NCBI GenBank assembly: GCA_977862235.1
Contig: OZ374565.1
Coordinates: 62,001-126,000, forward strand
DNA length: 64,000 nt
Source: Dudresnaya verticillata
Lineage: Eukaryota
Direction: 5' to 3'
This document shows, piece by piece, positions 57,639 through 64,000 of the stretch; position 1 is the stretch's first letter; every line of letters starts with the position of its first letter. The notes under the pieces were generated by a model, which was not told the origin of the DNA, did no database searches, and worked only from the letters and a program-made list of their open reading frames with translations. The position numbers and the translations under genes are program-made.

Positions 57639-59324
57639 ATGGCGGACTCTGAGGATACCACCCTGCCACCTCAAGGGCTACCCACCCACGGTAACCAAGG
57701 TGCTCCCGTCAGCTCCGCGAACGAGTTGGAGGAAACCGACTCAGAGGCATCTTCCTTGCATACTACCGTACCGTTTGCAGAAAATACCCGCCTTCACACC
57801 GTTGCACAGAAGACGTTTGTGGATGTCATCCGCACGCATCAGGAGTGCAATGTGACTGGTTCAGACTTCCTTGACATGTTTTGGGAAGACTATCCACCTT
57901 CTTTACTATTCGATGTTGCTATTGCATGTAATTTTGCTTTGATGAGAAGACTTGCCCTATTCTTACCAAGTAAGGTTGGTGTACCGTATGCTCCACATGA
58001 GTCGGGAGATGTTCTCAACCGGCTAGCTGTATCAATCTATGAAGGTCCCTATCTTGCTTCAGCGTACCGTCATATCAGGAGCATGGTTTTGTCTCTCGGC
58101 AGTATCAACAGATCTGATTCGAGTATCGGTTCATCATCTCGCGACTCTGTTCCCAGAAGTCATGGCAGTAAATCTGAACGCCCGGAACGACACCTAGCGC
58201 TAAAAACTGAGGATGGTAACGAAGACTCGGATCAGCCATCTGGTGCTACTATAGGTGCTCGGTCACCGGCTCACAACATGGCCGTTCGCTTCAAGGATGA
58301 TTCCAAGAAGTTCTCTGGTGCTTTAGGAGAATGCTGGAAGGAATACTTGGAGGACTATGTTGATGCCGCTACTGACTACGAGTTGACCGAAAAACAGAAG
58401 CTGCAGTATCTTCCCAATATCCTTAAGGCTAGTGCTAAAAGGTACTTTAACCGCAAAGTTAAGCACTCAGCTCACTCCTTCACAGCTGCAGATGATATGA
58501 TGGAAGCGTATTTCAACTCCATCTCTCGACAGCATCGTATCGAGAATCATCCCAATATGCTCCGCATCGAGAAGTTCGTTTCAGGGACAGTTAACCTCAG
58601 TGATGCATTGCAGAAAGTCGATGAGCAGATCTCAACGCTCGCTCCACAAGGCCCAATGCACTGTCATGCTGAAGCTAACATGGTCGTCTACCTTCGTCGA
58701 GCAGTCATTGGACACTCGTGGGCTAAGGAACCAATCAGCCGTGCTTCAGCTGAAAGGCTGACTTACCAAGAGTTCTTCTCTCAACTCGAATCGGCTATTC
58801 AGCAGAACAGAGAGGAGAAATCCCATAGGGCTCAGATGAATCCCCGCAGCCGTTTTATCGGAGCTCCGCAGCCTGATTTTCCTAACACTCTACTTGCTAG
58901 ATACGGAAGAGACAAGACCGTGGCTTTTGCCAGAGGTAATAGTAAGCCGGTCTCTGCCCAATCAAGCAATATCGTGTGTTTCAATTGCGGAAAGAACCAC
59001 ATGATTAGAGATTGTAAGGAAGTCATGGACGCAGCAGCAATTGCCGCACGAAAAGTTCAGTTTTATCAGAGGAAGAAGTTCGGAAATAATCAGAACAAAG
59101 CTTTGAAGCGAGTTTTGTTTGAAGTTTGCGAACAACTGAAACCTGAGCCTGAGATTGAGGATGCCCACACATTCTTCAACGTCAGTGAAGAAGTAGAAGA
59201 GGAGATTCAAATCCGAGGTTCGGGAGATGAAAGAGAGTCGGAAGACGAAGAAGAAGAAGAAGACTCTATCGAACAGTTCTATCAGTCCATTGAGGGTTCC
59301 ATTCCCAATGGGTTGGATTTTTAG
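57639..59324 (+). CDS. gag: Copia gag, unit 7
   Basis: Copy of 16119-17804. Confidence 0.8.
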   Translation: MADSEDTTLPPQGLPTHGNQGAPVSSANELEETDSEASSLHTTVPFAENTRLHTVAQKTFVDVIRTHQECNVTGSDFLDMFWEDYPPSLLFDVAIACNFALMRRLALFLPSKVGVPYAPHESGDVLNRLAVSIYEGPYLASAYRHIRSMVLSLGSINRSDSSIGSSSRDSVPRSHGSKSERPERHLALKTEDGNEDSDQPSGATIGARSPAHNMAVRFKDDSKKFSGALGECWKEYLEDYVDAATDYELTEKQKLQYLPNILKASAKRYFNRKVKHSAHSFTAADDMMEAYFNSISRQHRIENHPNMLRIEKFVSGTVNLSDALQKVDEQISTLAPQGPMHCHAEANMVVYLRRAVIGHSWAKEPISRASAERLTYQEFFSQLESAIQQNREEKSHRAQMNPRSRFIGAPQPDFPNTLLARYGRDKTVAFARGNSKPVSAQSSNIVCFNCGKNHMIRDCKEVMDAAAIAARKVQFYQRKKFGNNQNKALKRVLFEVCEQLKPEPEIEDAHTFFNVSEEVEEEIQIRGSGDERESEDEEEEEDSIEQFYQSIEGSIPNGLDF

Positions 59325-62300
59325 AACGGAGTACTCGCCAATGTCACCCTGAATTGCCAGAGTCAGAGCAAATTGACACGAGCTCGAACGCTCCGCCTAA
59401 TTTACTATCTGGCATGAAAAATCCGATTCTGTTTAGTGCGTTAAAAAAGGGGAAAAGCCAAAAAATAGAAAACAGAAAAATCCAAGAAGTAGAAATAGAC
59501 CCTACATGCATATTCTCAACACCGGTATAGAAGACATTAAGTTGGACAGTAGCTCAAATGACTTCCACGGGGCTTGCATAGACACTGGAGCTCAACGCAG
59601 TGTAATTGGAAAGCAACAGGCAAAAGCATATTGCAAGAAGGTTGGAGTCCAATTCAAGCATAAAGCTTCTCCGCTAAGGTACCGTCTTGGAAAGGGAACA
59701 TTTTCTGCAATAGGTTCAATCCCAGTTAGAATTTGTACGCCTGATGGAAAAGTTCTGAGGTTGAACGTTGACGTTATTGATGTGAAATTCCATTCTTACT
59801 TGGTCTAGATTTTCTAGATAGAGAGAAAATATTCGCGGACAACGTTGACAATCAGCTGGTCTGCAAACTAGGATGGCATATGCCAATCGTTCGCAAGTTC
59901 GGTCATCTTTATGTCGATTGGACGGACTACGCCGTCAACTTTACCAAAGCAGAGCTGAAGAAACTCCATCTACACTTCTATCATCCTACTGTACAGAAGC
60001 TTTACGCTCTGCTCAAAAGAGCTAAACCTGAAGAGGTTGACCACGACACGAAGAAGCTTCTAAACAAAATTACTACAGCATGAAGTGCAACACCCAAACA
60101 CGGGGATTGCCCCAACCGTGTTCGACGCGGTCTCCCGCGGTTAGGTAGCAGGCGCCACGCGGTGAGGCGGGCGCCTGTGTGCTGGTAGAGCAGCCGAGAC
60201 ACGGGGTGTGCCCCGGGGATAGTGTAACCGGGGTCGACTGTAAACCCCCGATCCACCTGAAGTGCCGTAGTGCACGTAAACGTAGCGACGGCGATACACG
60301 CCGGTAGGATGGCGCGGAAGAGGGACTCAGAACAGGGTACGTAGCCCGAGTTGCGTCCGGTGGTGACACCGGAAGCAAAGTCGGGGGTATCCTCAGGTTC
60401 CGAGACCAACTTGGCGCTTTACTGTGAGAGGGGCTCACCCCGTATACTAAGTATCCCCCGCGGGAGGTGCGCGCGCGTGTCTGGCGCCGTGCGCCTGACA
60501 CTTGGCATGTGCGCGCACCGCGGGCTCACTAAAATATCGCGCAAAAATATCTAGCGTAGAAATACTACTAGCGCACTGTAAATCAGTGTAAACTAAGGGT
60601 GCGCGTTGCTGGCGTGCACCCGATCGAGGACTCCCTCGGATATGTTCGGCGCGCGTGTCGCGCGTGTAAACGTGGATGAGTGCGCATACCAGTGCGCGTG
60701 TATGTGAGCGGGCGTCCGCGCAAAAACAGGTTCCGGGCACTGCACCACACAGCATGCCAAACTTGTCAAAGATTCACTCCACGACAACAGAGTTTCAAGG
60801 TTTCATTTCCAAAGGGAATCGTATTTAACCAAGAGCTCGCATTGGATTTAATGTTTCTTGACGGAATGGCAGTACTACATGTCGTGGACTTGCAAACGCA
60901 TTTTAGTGCAGCAACATTTTTGGCTGGTCAATCGATACAGGCTACTTGGTATGCATTCTTGGAATGCTGGGCTACCGTATACACTGGTTTCCCAGACTCT
61001 ATTAAGACAGACCAAGGAAGCATATTTACTTCACCAAAGTGGAAAGAAATTATGGACGCCTACGGTATTGCGTTTACACTTACCGCCGTAGAAAGCCATA
61101 ATTCCTTAGGTGCTGGTGAAAGGTATCACGCACCATTGAGAAGGATTTATCACAAAATCCGACATTCTCAGCCGAATATTGATGTCATGATGGCTCTTAG
61201 ATTAGCTGTCAAGGCGATGAATGATACTATGAACCCTGAGGGGCTCGTTCCTTCCCTCCTCGTCTTCGGTGTTCTACCAAGGTTTCCTGGAGCATCTCAG
61301 TCCTTACCTGATCAGCAAGAAAGAATGCAGGCACTCTTGCTTGCTAGACTTGAGATGGAAATTATTTCTAACCAACTCCGTTTACGGAAGGCATTAGAAT
61401 CGAGGCTTCCGCAAGCTGCTTCCCATGAGCTGGAAGTTGGACAGGAAGTTCTAGTGTATCGAGAAGATGAGAAACCGATCAAATGGACTGGCCCGTTCAA
61501 GATCAAGAGATTAGAAGGGAAGCAAGTGTTCATAGATCGAGATGGTACTGAGGCTCAACACTCAGTAGCCCAAGTCAAGCCGTTCCTTCAAGAGGAGGAA
61601 GTCGGTGAAAACTTTGTGGACGTACTACACTCAATGGTAAGGCCTTTCGTTTCCTGCAAAGGCAGGGAACAAGAACCAGCTAGAGTGTATGTCACTGAAG
61701 TTCTACATCCAAGAGACCCTAGAGGAGGCTCTCCAGAGTTCTTGGAAGCTAAGAAGAAAGAGATTAAAGGTCTCATTGAGAAGGGTACTTGGAAATTAGT
61801 ACTGAGAGAAGACGTCCCCAATAACGCAAACATATTGAATGGTAGATTTGTTTTGGCTATCAAGAATGCCAATACTAACGAAGAGATTTTCAAAGCAAGA
61901 TATGTGGTCCAAGGACATAAGGATAAGGAGAAGAACTTCTTGATCCACAATTCTACCAACGTGAGACAGAGTTCTACACGACTGATGATGGCAATAGCTT
62001 CTATGTATGGCTTCCGCGTCTGGAGTCATGATGTTAAACAAGCTTACTTGCAGAGCTCAGAACAAATTTTGAGAAAGGTCTATTTGAAGCCCTCAAAGGA
62101 GTTCGAGCTAGCACTCAACCAGTTGTTAGAGCTTCTCAAACCATTGTATGGTCTACCAGATTCTGGAGATTACTGGAACCAGACCATGCTACTGCATCTT
62201 ACAAAGGACCTGTACATGCAGCGGACTGTCAGTGATGTTTCCTTGTTCTTCAGGTACATCGACGGAAAACTCGCAGGAATGACGGGTTCCTATGTAGATG

Positions 62301-63222
62301 ATTCGTTACACTGTGGTAACGAAAAGTTTCTGAAACTTTCCGACAAGTCTTTAGAAAAGTTCGAATCAAGAGAAAGAGAGTTCGATGATGTTGTGTTCGC
62401 AGGAGTGGCCGTCAAGAACTCTCCAAATGGATTTCAGCTTGGACAAGAAGACTACATAAGGAAGCTTTCTATCCTCCCGTTAGATTGTAGTTACTCTGAT
62501 TTCAGGTCCAGTCGTGCTAAATTAGCATGGGTTACTCACACTAGACCTGACATATGTTTTATGGTGAACAAATTAGCACAACAGCAGCAAAGTTCGACAT
62601 CGGACAAATTAAGAAATTGAACAAGGTCGTTAAGAAGATTCAGAAGGATCCGAAGAGATGCCTACAGTATCAAAAGTTGGACTTCCGCACGTTACATCTC
62701 AAGGTGTACGCTGACTCGTCATTTGCTAATAACGAAGATCAGACCTCTCAGCTAGGCTACATCGTCCTACTAGCAGATGATTCGGGCAAATGCAGCATAA
62801 CTCACTACTCCAGCCACAAGAGCAGACGCGTCGTTCGGTCTGTACTTGGCGGGGAAGTATATGCCTTCGCTGATGCTTTTGATTTCTCTTTCACCCTGAA
62901 GCACGACCCTGAGCGCATTCTGAAGAAGAGAATCCCACTCAAGATCTTCACGGATTCTCGTAGCTTGTTTGACGTAATCACGAAAGCGTCTTCCACTACT
63001 GAGAAAAGGCTAATGATAGACATCAGAGCCGTTCGGAATGCTTATGATGCAAAAGAGATATCTGATGTTGGTTTCATTCGTTCTCAGCATAACCCGGCTG
63101 ATTCGTTTACCAAAGAAGGAGCAAATGATGCGCTCCATGACATTGTTTCAAAGGGAAAATACGACCATCCTATCGAACAATGGGTTGTTCGAGACTGGAA
63201 TACTTCACTAAAAATGTCTTAG
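59321..63222 (+). pseudogene. pol: Copia pol, disrupted, unit 7
   Basis: Same lesions as unit 1. Confidence 0.9.
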
Positions 63223-63265
63223 TCTGCAAAAGTGACCAAGAAGGATTAAGCGAAAGAGACGGGAC

Positions 63266-64000
63266 TTTGGAAAGACTGAAGCAGACTGACTGCTGAGGGT
63301 GCCAGATTGGCGCTTAGATGCGACACAGTTTTATCTACGTCGCAATAAATCTACTTAGTCTTTATTTACTTTTGCTACAGTAAAATATTTTCTAGTGGAT
63401 AGGTCGTACATTTAGAGACTAGAGCTAGTCTTTATGTGAAGATAGAGTTAGTCTTTTATTTAGTAGACTAACGCTGCAAAACTAGCTCTAAAAGTACGGT
63501 TTTACCTGCCGGAGTCTTGGCTAGCAAGCGCTCCGGCAGAGTATAAAGGGCCTCCCTCGCCGGCCAACTCGGCGAGGAAAGGACACACATTATCAACTCA
63601 AACCACCACCCCCAAGCCACTACTTGACATTTCCATATTTACCGTCAACCGCTGTACGCATCGTGTGTATTTTTCCCGTTTTTGCTTACAGCCGCGCCGG
63701 TTCTGCCACATTGATCAATTACGCTCTACCGCCGCCGTTATGCCGCTACGAAGCGTCCTAAGTAAGTTTTTCATTTAATTTTTGCCTGGGTCTTTGCTCT
63801 TGCAAGTGGTAAATTCTCTTTGCTCGATTTGGTGTGCTTGAAGTGCTATAATCCCAAATTAAGTCACTGACGATTTGCCATTTATTTTTGAACCAATCGT
63901 AATTTGGCTTGCAACAGTTCCGACCACAGCCGCCTCGACACCTGTCTTGGCGGCGGGCATCGTTGCCTCCGGCGGCGCGGCCAATCTACGGGCCCCCGTT
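63266..64000 (+). mobile_element. Copia unit 8, partial (LTR 63266-63710 and start of the zinc-finger gene)
   Basis: Copy of 14826-15560, cut by the window end. Confidence 0.9.

Larger units (their letters stand above)
14826..64000 (+). repeat. Tandem array of a Copia LTR retrotransposon with shared LTRs, period 6920 bp, at least 7 units, running off the window
   Basis: All ORFs recur at +6920; units start at 14826, 21746, 28666, 35586, 42506, 49426, 56346 and 63266. Confidence 0.97.

Noticed and set aside
1..64000. CRISPR array or prokaryotic systems
   Set aside because: No repeat-spacer structure; all recognisable content is eukaryotic transposon or 5S rDNA.

Overview
Eukaryotic, transposon-dense window, probably from a red alga (inferred from the 5S rRNA sequence and the copia type); no ordinary host protein-coding gene is visible. 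1-9108: three head-to-tail copies of a CRE-like non-LTR retrotransposon (RT plus restriction-like endonuclease, about 4.65 kb, with a 1-kb structured 5' UTR). They are inserted antisense into a 5S rRNA gene at the conserved AGTACTGAGGT motif: a truncated 5S gene (nt 1 to about 89, minus strand) directly abuts the 3' end of copy 2, and the same 11-14 nt 5S fragment marks every junction. 9109-13115: a decayed Gypsy element (5' LTR, tRNA-Tyr-type PBS, gag, protease) fused to an inverted partial LTR. 13116-14825: a PIF/Harbinger remnant with a nonsense-interrupted transposase. 14826-64000: a tandem array with a 6920-bp period (7 complete units plus the start of an 8th) of a GalEa-like Copia element with shared 445-bp LTRs. 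Each unit has a palindrome where the PBS should be, an extra intron-containing gene for a basic protein with two U1/matrin-type C2H2 zinc fingers upstream of an intact gag, a -1 frameshift signal, and a dead pol (frameshifts plus a nested solo LTR).
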